Below are positions 53,428 through 62,720 of a DNA stretch of 64,000 nt, piece after piece. A program made the translations under genes and the position numbers. This stretch comes from Candidatus Bathyarchaeota archaeon (GTDB taxonomy: Archaea > Thermoproteota > Bathyarchaeia > Bathyarchaeales > Bathycorpusculaceae), in assembly GCA_963767735.1 (NCBI GenBank), contig CAVYES010000006.1, positions 512,001 through 576,000 on the forward strand, written 5' to 3'. Under the pieces are notes generated by a model. It saw nothing but the letters and a program-made list of their open reading frames with translations. It made no database searches and was not told the origin of the DNA. Within the stretch, counting starts at the first letter, position 1; every line of letters starts with the position of its first letter.

Positions 53428-54894
53428 ATGGAAAAAAATGATTCAGTGAAAAAAGCTAAAGAGAGCCTAAAAAGCAACAACATAAGGTGGGTGCATTCTG
53501 CCTTCGTTGATATTCGTGGAATACTGCAAGACATGGTGCTTCCAGCAAGGGATTATCTTAGCGGCGAAGCATTTACTGCAGGAATAGGTTTTGACGGTTC
53601 TTCTGTTAGAGGATTTAAATCCATTGAAGAATCAGACATGATTTTCATGCCTGACGCAAAAACACTATCTATAATGCCTTGGGTCACAGACGAAAAACAA
53701 AAAAGCGCCATAATTCTCGGAGACGTCTACGAAGCCTTCGGAGGAAAAGAGCCATCAGTCGTTGACCCGAGAAGTTTCGTTGCAAAAAGAGCGGTAGCAG
53801 AAGCCAAAGCAATGGGTTACACAGGATTCTTTGCGCCTGAACTCGAGTTCTTCGTCTTTTCCTCAATCGATCCAACTAAGCTAACTTGGGATCTTTGGGC
53901 CGCCCCAAAAAGCGGTGAAGGAGACGCATGGGGAGCACCAAGAGTCGTACCAAACTCGCCAGAAATCACTCCAGGCGGATTTGTCATGCGACCCAAAGAA
54001 GCATACTACCGAACCCCGCCAGAAGACACCACTGTTGAGTTCAGAAACGAAGTTTGCCAAGTTCTAGACGACAACTTTGGCTTAACTATTGAGAAACATC
54101 ACCACGAAGTAGCTACAGTTGGTCAAGTAGAAATCGACTACAAATACGGCCAACTCGTGGAAACTGCAGACAGGGCGCTTTACTATAAATTCGTAGCAAA
54201 AAACATAGCTCATAATCGCGGATTAATAGCCACATTCATGCCTAAGCCAATCTACTTAGACAACGCTAGTGGTATGCACGTTCATCAATCAATTTGGTCA
54301 GGTGGAAAAACTGCCATGTATGATGAAGCTGACGACTACGCTGAACTGAGCCAAATCGGCAGATACTATATTGGTGGATTGCTTGAACACGCCCGAGCTC
54401 TAACAGCCGTTTGTTGTCCAACCGTAAGCTCCTACAAACGTTTAGTGCCCGGTTTCGAAGCTCCAATCTACGTGCTATGGTCTCGACGCAACCGCTCCGC
54501 TTTAGTCCGCGTACCATTGTATTACAAAGGACCGGAATTTGCTGCTCAAAAACGTGTCGAATATCGAGGTGCTGATCCATCATCCAACCCGTACCTGGCA
54601 TTTGCCTGCCTTTTAGCGGCTGGGCTCGATGGTGTTAAAAAGAAACTTGATCCTGGCGACCCTGTGGACGAAGACGTTTACAAACTCTCTGCCGGAAAAC
54701 GCAAAGAACTTGGTATAAAAGAGTTGCCTACAACACTAAAAGAAGCGTTAGAGGAACTCAAAACCGATGAAGTCCTTCAGCGAACACTTGGAAGCCACAT
54801 TTTCGACGCATTTATCGAGCTTAAAACAAACGATTGGAACCAGTACTGCCTCTACGTGTCACCTTGGGAAATAATGAAATACCTCGACTACTAA
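53428..54894 (+). CDS. glnA: Glutamine synthetase type I
   Basis: FDGSSVRGF, PELEFF, HHHEVA, ATFMPKP, SGMHVHQS, YKRLVPGFEAP, NRSALVRVP, NPYLA. Confidence 0.97.
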   Translation: MEKNDSVKKAKESLKSNNIRWVHSAFVDIRGILQDMVLPARDYLSGEAFTAGIGFDGSSVRGFKSIEESDMIFMPDAKTLSIMPWVTDEKQKSAIILGDVYEAFGGKEPSVVDPRSFVAKRAVAEAKAMGYTGFFAPELEFFVFSSIDPTKLTWDLWAAPKSGEGDAWGAPRVVPNSPEITPGGFVMRPKEAYYRTPPEDTTVEFRNEVCQVLDDNFGLTIEKHHHEVATVGQVEIDYKYGQLVETADRALYYKFVAKNIAHNRGLIATFMPKPIYLDNASGMHVHQSIWSGGKTAMYDEADDYAELSQIGRYYIGGLLEHARALTAVCCPTVSSYKRLVPGFEAPIYVLWSRRNRSALVRVPLYYKGPEFAAQKRVEYRGADPSSNPYLAFACLLAAGLDGVKKKLDPGDPVDEDVYKLSAGKRKELGIKELPTTLKEALEELKTDEVLQRTLGSHIFDAFIELKTNDWNQYCLYVSPWEIMKYLDY

Positions 54895-54921
54895 GCATCA
54901 AAGCAAAAAGCAGGATTAAAC

Positions 54922-55908
54922 ATGGCACCAGATACATCATGAATATGAGAAGCTACTGCCAGAAATCCGAACGACTAACAGATGAAGTCGTCAAACAAAA
55001 CATGGCTGACGGAATCCTGTTCTCAGCTGGAATACGACACAAGCATAATTGCCTACCATGCAGTCAAATACAAACCCAAAATCCCCGCTTTGACCATGGC
55101 TTTTAAGCATGGCCACCCAAAAGACACCGAATACGTTAAAAAAATGGTGGATTTCCTTCACCTTCAACATGAATTCCACACTTTTGACCGCGAAGACGTA
55201 CTGACTTCAGCTGAAAAAATCGTTCAGGTTCTTAAGATTTTTGATCCCATGGAAATAAGGAATGCTGTTTCAGTTTACATCGGCTTAACTATCGCAAAGA
55301 AAAAAGGAATTAAAAGCGTTTTCACCGGAGACGGAGTGGATGAGCTATTTGGTTATCCTTGGATGTGGAGTCTATCTGAAGCTGAATTAACCAAAAAATT
55401 CAAAGACATGTGGGGAGAAATGGGTTTCTCTTCAATTCCCATGGGCAAATCCTTAGGTGTTGAAGTAAAGCCGCCTTTTCTAGACCCATTGTTCATGGAT
55501 TACGCAAAGAAGCTGCCCAACAAACTGAAAATCAACGAAGAAAACGGCGTAAAATACAGCAAATGGATCCTTCGCAAAGCATATGAAGATTTGATTCCTA
55601 AAGAAGTGATTTGGCGACCCAAAGCACCTTTGGAGCAAGGAACTGGCACCACGGCTCTTCAGCATTACTTCGATAAGCAACTTTCCGACAAAGATTTTGC
55701 AGAGCGCAAAAAACAAATCCTTGAGAAAGACGACGTTGTAATAACCAGCAAAGAGCAACTGATTTTACTATGACTTCTTCCGAAAACACTTCGCAAAACC
55801 ATCAAGCGTCTACAAGGAAAAGATAGGCAGGCAATGTCCCAACTGTAAAAGCTACGTGAAAACAGAGCTTGGGATTCTGCAAAGTATGCGGAAACATATC
55901 CCATCTAA
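54922..55908 (+). pseudogene. Asparagine synthetase C-terminal-domain protein with Zn-ribbon tail; several frameshifts
   Basis: GILFSAG / DTSIIA split across frames, TGDGVDELFGY, KWILRKA; CPNC..CKVCG tail in other frames. Confidence 0.75.
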
Positions 55909-55966
55909 TTTCCTTTTTTCATATTTACTTAAAATAATGGTTTAAGGTATTTTGCGGTTGGAGATT

Positions 55967-57637
55967 ATGTGCGGAATAGTTGGGATTTTTAACATAATCT
56001 GAGCCAGTGCCTCAAGCAAGAGACAAAGCACTGCGAATGGCAACTAAAATAAGGCATAGAGGACCCGACTGGAGCGGCATCTACAGCGACGACAAAGCAA
56101 TTCTTGCACATGAACGGCTCTCCATCGTTGACGTTGAACATGGAGCACAACCATTATTTGACAAAATCAACGGCAACGTTCTTGCTGTAAACGGCGAAAT
56201 TTACAACCACATGCTTCTTCGAAGCGAACTTAAGAAGGAGCATTTGTGGCAGACAAAATCAGACTGCGAAGTAATCCTGTACCTCTACGATGAGTACGGT
56301 CCAGACTTCCTAAACATGCTAAACGGCATGTTCGCCTTCATACTATACGATAAGAAAAAAGGACAGTACTTCATTGCAAGAGACCACATCGGGATCATTC
56401 CGCTGTATGTCGGCTGGGATGACAAAGGAACTTTTTATGTCGCCAGCGAAATGAAAGCCCTAAATGACTATTGTACGACTGTCAAAGAGTTCCCTCCAGG
56501 ACATTATCTACTGGGCAATGGGAAAGATTTCGTTAGATGGTATAAGCCTGAGTGGGCGGAGAAAATTCCAACAAAGAAACTAGTTCTCGCAGACCTGAGA
56601 AAGGCATTGGAGAAATCTGTAAAGGGACAAATGATGTCTGACGTTCCCTATGGTGTTCTTATCTCGGGAGGATTGGATTCTTCGTTGATAGCTGCTATCG
56701 CTTCGAAGTTCAGGAAGAAAAGGGTTGAATCTGGCGACAAAGAAGAGGCATGGTGGCCACGTTTGCACTCATTCGCTGTAGGCTTAGCAGATTCGCCTGA
56801 TTTGAAATACGCCAATAAGGTTGCCGACTACATTGGAACTGTGCATCATGAAATAATTTTCACTATACAGGAAGGTTTTGACGCGATACGGGATGTCATT
56901 TATCATTTGGAAACATTTGATGTTACCACTATTCGTGCCGCTACTCCCATGTATTTGATGGCTAGAAAAATAAAATCCATGGGCATCAAAATGGTCTTAT
57001 CCGGTGAAGGCGCAGACGAAGTCTTCGGCGGATACCTTTATTTCCACAAAGCACCAAATAAACAGGAATTCTACGAAGAAACCGTAAGGAAGCTATTCTT
57101 GCTAAGCAAATACGATTGCCTTCGAGCAAACAAAGCAACTGCTGCTTGGGGTGTTGAAACCCGAGTGCCATTTTTAGATAAGGAGTTTTTGGATTTTGCC
57201 ATGGGCTTTGACCCTCAAGAGAAAATGTGCTCGGGTGACAAAATCGAAAAGTATGTATTAAGAAAGGCGTTTGAAGGCTACATTCCTGAAGAGATTCTTT
57301 GGAGGCAAAAAGAACAGTTCTCCGACGGGGTCGGTTACGGATGGATAGATTATCTCAAAAAATACGTTGAAAGCGCGGTAACAGATGAAATGATGGCGAA
57401 CGCTAAAAGTAAGTTCCCTCTCAAACTCCGTCATCAAAAGAGGAGTATTATTACAGGCAGATATTTGACGGCTACTTCACCTGCCCCACTGCAGCATTAA
57501 CCGTTCCGGTAGGTCCAACAATTGCCTGTTCCACCCCTACAGCCTTTAGATGGAGCAAAGAATTTGCAAAAATGGCTGACCCTTCAGGCAGATCCGTTAA
57601 AGAACACAACCAAACGTTAAACGAAAGCAAGAAATAA
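55967..57637 (+). pseudogene. asnB: Asparagine synthetase B, frameshifted near both ends (possibly sequencing errors)
   Basis: MCGIVG at 55967 is out of frame with HRGPDWSG; SGGLDSS, SGEGADE; IACSTP..DPSGR continues in another frame after ~57420. Confidence 0.85.
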
Positions 57638-57842
57638 TAATCCAAACTTTAATTGGTACATGCATGGTTGATTCAGATTTTCCTTTCGAATTAATTGCTT
57701 CTAGAAACTATAAACTCCTAAGAATCGCATGTATTTCGTTTTTTCTGATTTTTCCATAGAATCTAATTTCATTTTGTCGACCAATAGTTAAAAAACAAAA
57801 AATGGTTTGAAAGATTTTGTTCTAGGCAACTGGCCTTTGAAA

Positions 57843-58085
57843 CTACATTGGTGATAGTACAATGGAGGTTTCTGTTCGGATTACGCTGGGGTCTTTTTCA
57901 ATTATCTTGTAAACAACTTGGTTTATGTCTTCAAGTGCTGGAGCTTCTAAAACTATTATTGCATCGTATCGACCGAAGATTGCGTCGGCAGATACTATGC
58001 AGGTCTCCTTGACTTTTTCTTTTATTTTCTTAACAACGTCCAAGGATGTGCCGGGTTTAGTGCTTAAGAGTATATAGGCTTTCAA
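57843..58085 (-). CDS. Stand-alone Lrp/AsnC ligand-binding (RAM) domain
   Basis: KAYILL..PG..ADAIFGRYDAI..RTETSIV. Confidence 0.85.
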   Translation of the reverse strand: MKAYILLSTKPGTSLDVVKKIKEKVKETCIVSADAIFGRYDAIIVLEAPALEDINQVVYKIIEKDPSVIRTETSIVLSPM

Positions 58086-58201
58086 TTTTTTTTCCTCTTT
58101 TTCTTTTTGCTTGTTTAGGTTTAAGCTTAACAGTATTAACGTGTTATTGCATATAAATTTTCTGTTTTGATTTAGACGTATGTCGAGTATTTATGAAAAA
58201 T

Positions 58202-58229
58202 TATGAACAAATCATAACTATATTTATAT
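58202..58229 (+). promoter_or_regulatory. Box-N9-TATA promoter of the 32 aa peptide gene
   Basis: TATGAACAAATC ATAACTATA TTTATAT. Confidence 0.7.
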
Positions 58230-58272
58230 TTAGCTGAGCAAGTAAATAAGTATACAATAAAATGGTGAAAAT

Positions 58273-58371
58273 ATGTTTGGAATAATTGATTTAGTATCGA
58301 TAGCGACAATCATCGGGTCATTTGCCTTCATAGGGTACAGCATCAAGTTAGAACTCAAAATCAAAGTGTAA
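58273..58371 (+). CDS. 32 aa single-TM peptide (MFGIIDLVSIATIIGSFAFIGYSIKLELKIKV)
   Basis: GGTGA RBS, promoter, and a duplicated copy at 52939..53039. Confidence 0.65.
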   Translation: MFGIIDLVSIATIIGSFAFIGYSIKLELKIKV

Positions 58372-58598
58372 CACAAAACTCGGGCAACAGCGCGGCTAGT
58401 CTTCGGTGATGAGGTTCTTATCACATTACTGATAACCTAATACACGCTTCCTAAAATGACGCACAAATGAATATCCCACTGATTCTGTTATTTTAATAAT
58501 AACGCGGCTGTGGGATACAACCGCTATTTTTTTGGTTCTTAATCTTGCAGATTCCTCAAAAGGAAAGAAAAGAGAAGGAGAAATGATTTTTCCATGAT

Positions 58599-58760
58599 CT
58601 ATATTTTCTTTTTTCCCAATGTTGTTCTGAAGGTTTTGCCGCAGCATTCGCAAAGACCGATTGTCAGTTCTGTTCTTTTTCCTGTTTTGTCTGGTCTACC
58701 CGCCATCTTCCAAGTCTTTTTTGGAGCAACTTCTTTTCCACATTTGGGACATTTCGCCAT
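58599..58760 (-). CDS. Cren7-like chromatin protein with Cys pairs
   Basis: PKKTWKMA..TIGL..GKTFR aligns with Cren7 PEKVWALA..KIGLF..GKYFR; GAGG RBS. Confidence 0.7.
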   Translation of the reverse strand: MAKCPKCGKEVAPKKTWKMAGRPDKTGKRTELTIGLCECCGKTFRTTLGKKKI

Positions 58761-59025
58761 TTTACATTCCTCATCAGAGCATTGAAACCATGCTCTATAA
58801 ACGCTTTTTGTAGAAAAGTGCAATTCTCATAAAGATCGATAAGCTTCAATCAATGGTTGCTAGTCAGTTATTTTGTATTTTTTTAATCAATCATGCTCTT
58901 CGCTTTTGTTCCAAAATCGACGACATATTCGTGGGTCCAAACCCGAAAATACATAGGTCTCTATGGTACTTGAACCAGAAACGGTTCAGAACCTTTATTG
59001 GGTTGCCCAGGTCCACTTTCGCTTA

Positions 59026-59171
59026 TTTTTTACTTGTAAAAATTTTCGCTGAGATTTCAGAAATTTTCGACAAATAAGGTGTAATTGAGACTATATAGCT
59101 AAACTAGCCTCAAAAACTGCCCTAAAAAAAGCGCCGGGAGGAGGATACTAGCACCAATTTACCAGTAAAAA
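59026..59171 (-). repeat. tRNA-Ser att-like repeat G
   Basis: TTTTTTACTTGTAAAAA ... GCGCCGGGAGGAGGAT (59131-59146) ..GCAC.. TTTACCAGTAAAAA. Confidence 0.85.
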
Positions 59172-59289
59172 TAGAGAGAAAAAGTAAGTCGTTGTATCTT
59201 TGTTTTTGTGCTTTCCAAAAGCTATTTAGAGTATAGCGAGACATAATTAAATCAGTATTTTCTCTTTAATTACAGTTGGTTACCCGACT

Positions 59290-60741
59290 ATGCGCAAGAA
59301 AAATAGTGTTGGGCGGAATCTTGTTGATAAATACCGTACTTATGTAGAAAGCTCGCCTGTTGCTTTTTTCATTATTAATCCCGAAAGTAAATATGTCGAG
59401 GTAAATGATGCTGCTTGTAGATTGGTTGGTTATTCCAAAGAAGAACTTTTAGAAAAAACTGCTTCAAATCTTGTGTTTGAAGAAGACATTCCATTAGCGC
59501 GAAAACATCATTCCAAGTTAAAAGAAACGGGAAAGTCTGTTACAGAGTTTAGGCTAAAGAGAAAAGATAGGCAACCTGTATATGTTATTTTAAACGCAAC
59601 GCAGTTGCCTGATGGAAATTTAATGGCTTTCTGTGAAAACATAACTGAACGCAAGAAAGCTGAAGACGCTCTTTTGGAAAGTGAGGTGAAATATGAGCAG
59701 CTTGTTGATAGGTTACCTGAAATGGTTTTTGAAATCGACCTCACTGGGCATGTTTCTTTTGCTAATTTGAGGGCAGTTGAGATTTTGGGTTATTCGAAGG
59801 CTGAGCTTGAGGATGATTTTGATGCTAATCGTCTTGTCGCGGCTGATGATGTCGCGCGTTCGAAGGAAAATATGAGATTAATGTTTGATAGAGGCATACG
59901 CCAGAGTTATGAATACATTTTCGTTAAAAGGAATGGGGAGCGTTTTCCTGTTTTATTGAATAGTGAGCCGATTATAAAAAATAACAAGATTGTTGGGGCT
60001 AGGGGAATTGTCATTGACATAAGTGAACGTAAGGATATGGAGAAGAGGCTTCAAGAACAAGAACGTTTGGCCGCTATAGGCACTACGGCAGGCATGGTTG
60101 GACATGATATTCGTAATCCCTTGCAAGCTATGACTGGCGACGTTTACTTAGCCAGGGCGGAATTAGTTCATACTCCTCAAAGTAAAGAGAGAAAAAATGC
60201 GTTGGAGAATTTGCAAGAGATTGAACAAAACATTGATTACATCGATAAGATTGTCGCTGACCTCCAAGATTTTGCTAGAATTATCTATCCGAGCGGTAAA
60301 AAAACAGACTTAGTGAGCCTTTTCAAAGAAATTCTACTGAAAAACAACTTACCAGCCAGCATCAAGGTTTTTTGCAAAGTAGACAAAGCTGCCAAACTTG
60401 TGTTTGTTGACCCTGAGTTACTAAAAAGAGTTTTAAGTAATTTAGTGCTAAACGCGGTTCAAGCGATGCCTGAGGGCGGAGAACTTTCTGTTAGGGCTAT
60501 TATCAAAGATGGAGGCTTTGTTATTGAAGTTAAAGACACAGGTGTGGGAATACCTGAAGATGTTAAAACTAAAATATTTACTCCTATGTTCACCACCAAA
60601 GCTAAGGGTCAAGGATTCGGATTGGCAGTTGTGAAACGGTTAACTGAAGCGATGAATGGAACTGTGGCTTTTGAAAGTGAACAAGGTAAAGGAACCAAAT
60701 TCACGGTACGATTGCCCAATAAGAAGATAAATGGCGACTAA
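59290..60741 (+). CDS. PAS-PAS histidine kinase
   Basis: GHDIRNPL H-box, NLVLNAVQA, DTGVGI, GFGL. Confidence 0.93.
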   Translation: MRKKNSVGRNLVDKYRTYVESSPVAFFIINPESKYVEVNDAACRLVGYSKEELLEKTASNLVFEEDIPLARKHHSKLKETGKSVTEFRLKRKDRQPVYVILNATQLPDGNLMAFCENITERKKAEDALLESEVKYEQLVDRLPEMVFEIDLTGHVSFANLRAVEILGYSKAELEDDFDANRLVAADDVARSKENMRLMFDRGIRQSYEYIFVKRNGERFPVLLNSEPIIKNNKIVGARGIVIDISERKDMEKRLQEQERLAAIGTTAGMVGHDIRNPLQAMTGDVYLARAELVHTPQSKERKNALENLQEIEQNIDYIDKIVADLQDFARIIYPSGKKTDLVSLFKEILLKNNLPASIKVFCKVDKAAKLVFVDPELLKRVLSNLVLNAVQAMPEGGELSVRAIIKDGGFVIEVKDTGVGIPEDVKTKIFTPMFTTKAKGQGFGLAVVKRLTEAMNGTVAFESEQGKGTKFTVRLPNKKINGD

Positions 60742-61015
60742 ACCCCATAGCTGGCGACCCCGTTTGGAAACCGAACTCTAAACATGATATCAGAAATTGA
60801 ACTGGAGATAGGCATCCAACTCGAAGTAAAATTTCCTACATGTCTGCGGGCAAAAAAGTTGCTCGCATTCAAATTTCTTGGATTCCTCTTATTGTCGATG
60901 AACTAATGGCCTCTGCTTTTGCAAGATTTCAAATGTAGCAAAAGACTAATTTAAATAGAGTTTAGCTATTTAATTTTAGACAAAATAAGCTCAAAAATAG
61001 CTCCAACTGGTAAAA

Positions 61016-61130
61016 TGGCGCCGGGAGGGGGATTTGAACCCCCGAGGCCCCGAGAGGCCACAAGCTGCTTGGTGCTTGCCTTAGGCAAACATCTCCAGGC
61101 TTGCTCCCTGCCTGGCTAGGAGACCCCGGC
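61016..61130 (-). tRNA. tRNA-Ser(GGA) with 26 nt intron at 37/38 (61067..61092) and encoded CCA
   Basis: GCCGGGG/TCCCGGC acceptor stem, CAAGC/GCTTG anticodon stem, long variable arm, GGTTCAAATCC T loop, relaxed BHB motif. Confidence 0.93.
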
Positions 61131-61250
61131 ACAAATGAAACCAAGGGGAATTGAGGTGTTTTGCAACCTTTCTCTGACTTAAGCATAATTTAAAGCTTTA
61201 TCGAAATATTGCTTCAAAGGTATTTTTAAAATCAGCCGCAACGAGAATTT

Positions 61251-61750
61251 CTAAGCAACTTTCCTTCACTTTTTCTCACTTCTCTTCACTTTTCTTCACT
61301 TTCTATTACTTTTCCTCACTCAACCTGCAAACGAATCAAGCCCTAAACGAAAAAAGCAGCCAGAAGCAGACAGAGCAAAAACGGCGTAGAAGTAAGCTGA
61401 TGCCAATTATGTCACTTTGAGGGAGGCGTTGGAGGGCGCAAAAATACATTTTGCAACATTTCACTACGTTCTGCTACATTCCGCTACATTTGTGTACGCA
61501 GCCTGCAAACGATTAAAAATCTGATTGAAAAAAGCAACCCAAAAAACAAAGAACAAAAAATTAGAAAAGAACTAAACACTTGAAAATCCACCCTCCTTAA
61601 GAAAATCTGACTAGCAATCTTTCGTGACTTTCCTTTACTTTTCGTTATTTCTGTTACTTTTCTTTACTCAACCAGCAAACAAATTGAATCCTAAACTAAA
61701 AAAGCACCCCCAAAACAAAAGAACAACATTCCAAGAAAACAGAATTAACT
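61251..61750 (+). repeat. Three tandem decamer-array + CAACCTGCAAAC units (copies 3-5)
   Basis: Conserved blocks at 61321, 61499, 61669, each preceded by 5-6 units of ~10 bp (TTYYYTCACT; nnGCTACATT; TnnTTACTT). Confidence 0.85.
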
Positions 61751-61886
61751 AGATAGCTAAACTGTTTTTCAACGAATTTTAATTTTTAGTTATGCGCCAG
61801 TTTCTGATTGTAACGTTTTTGTTAGACAAAGTTTTTATTTGCGTTTGAAACTTAAATTCGACCGTTAAGATAAAGGATGATTCAAG

Positions 61887-62720
61887 ATGGCCCTACAAAA
61901 AGGAGATTTCATACTAATCAGTTATACAGCAAAAGTTAAGGAAACAAACGAAGTTTTCGATACAACACAGGAAGATGTAGCTAAGAAAGAGCACCTCTTT
62001 AAAGAAGGAAAAATGTATGAGCCTAAACTGGTAGTTGTAGGCGAAAGCTGGGTTCTCAAAGCATTAGATGACGGTTTAACCACAATGGAGATAAACAAGC
62101 CTGCAACCGTTGAAATTTCACCTGACAAAGGCTTCGGACAAAGAGACCCAGAAAAAATAAGACGCGTTCCACTTAAACAGTTGCTGGCAAAAGAAATTAA
62201 CCCAGTTGTTGGAGCACAAATAGAATTTCAAGGAAAAGACGCAGTTGTCCGTTCAACGGGCGCGGGTAGAGTGCTTTTAGATTTTAACCCTCCTTTAGCT
62301 GGAAAAACCTTAGTCTACGATGTCACGGTCAGCAAGAAACTTGAAAGCAACGAGGAAAAAATCGGTGCCCTCATCCACCGCAGAGTACCTGTAGTTGAAG
62401 AAAACCAGTTCAAACTAACTATACAAGACAAAAACTTAACTATCGACATGCCTGAGGTAGCTTTCTATATTGAAGGCATCCAAATCGCTAAACGCGGTGT
62501 AGCCTTGGACATTCAGAAATTCATCCCTGACTTGGCTGAGACAAAATTCGTTGAAACCTTCAAAGCTGAACCCAAACCAATACCAGCAACACCGACACCA
62601 GCAGCAGCAACGACACCGGCGCCAGAAACGCCAGCGGCAGAAGAACCAGCAGCACTGCCAACTTCGGCTCCAGCGGAAGCACCTGCACCATCACCAGAAG
62701 CTGAAACTAAAGCGCCCTAA
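61887..62720 (+). CDS. Long-type archaeal FKBP peptidyl-prolyl isomerase
   Basis: KGDFILISYT..VFDTT, FGQRDP, DFNPPLAGKTLVY; Pro/Ala-rich tail. Confidence 0.92.
   Translation: MALQKGDFILISYTAKVKETNEVFDTTQEDVAKKEHLFKEGKMYEPKLVVVGESWVLKALDDGLTTMEINKPATVEISPDKGFGQRDPEKIRRVPLKQLLAKEINPVVGAQIEFQGKDAVVRSTGAGRVLLDFNPPLAGKTLVYDVTVSKKLESNEEKIGALIHRRVPVVEENQFKLTIQDKNLTIDMPEVAFYIEGIQIAKRGVALDIQKFIPDLAETKFVETFKAEPKPIPATPTPAAATTPAPETPAAEEPAALPTSAPAEAPAPSPEAETKAP

Noticed and set aside
10417-59171. att-like repeats as classical integron attC sites or IS ends
   Set aside because: No RYYYAAC/GTTRRRY ends, no IntI or transposase, no evident target-site duplications; the tRNA-derived core and uniform orientation fit attP-like junctions better
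60962-61186. 74 aa ORF on the - strand
   Set aside because: Overlaps the tRNA-Ser gene; spurious
61251-61750. Constant block plus variable segment read as a CRISPR array
   Set aside because: Period of ~175 bp, degenerate blocks, internally periodic variable parts and no cas genes; kept as a separate repeat finding
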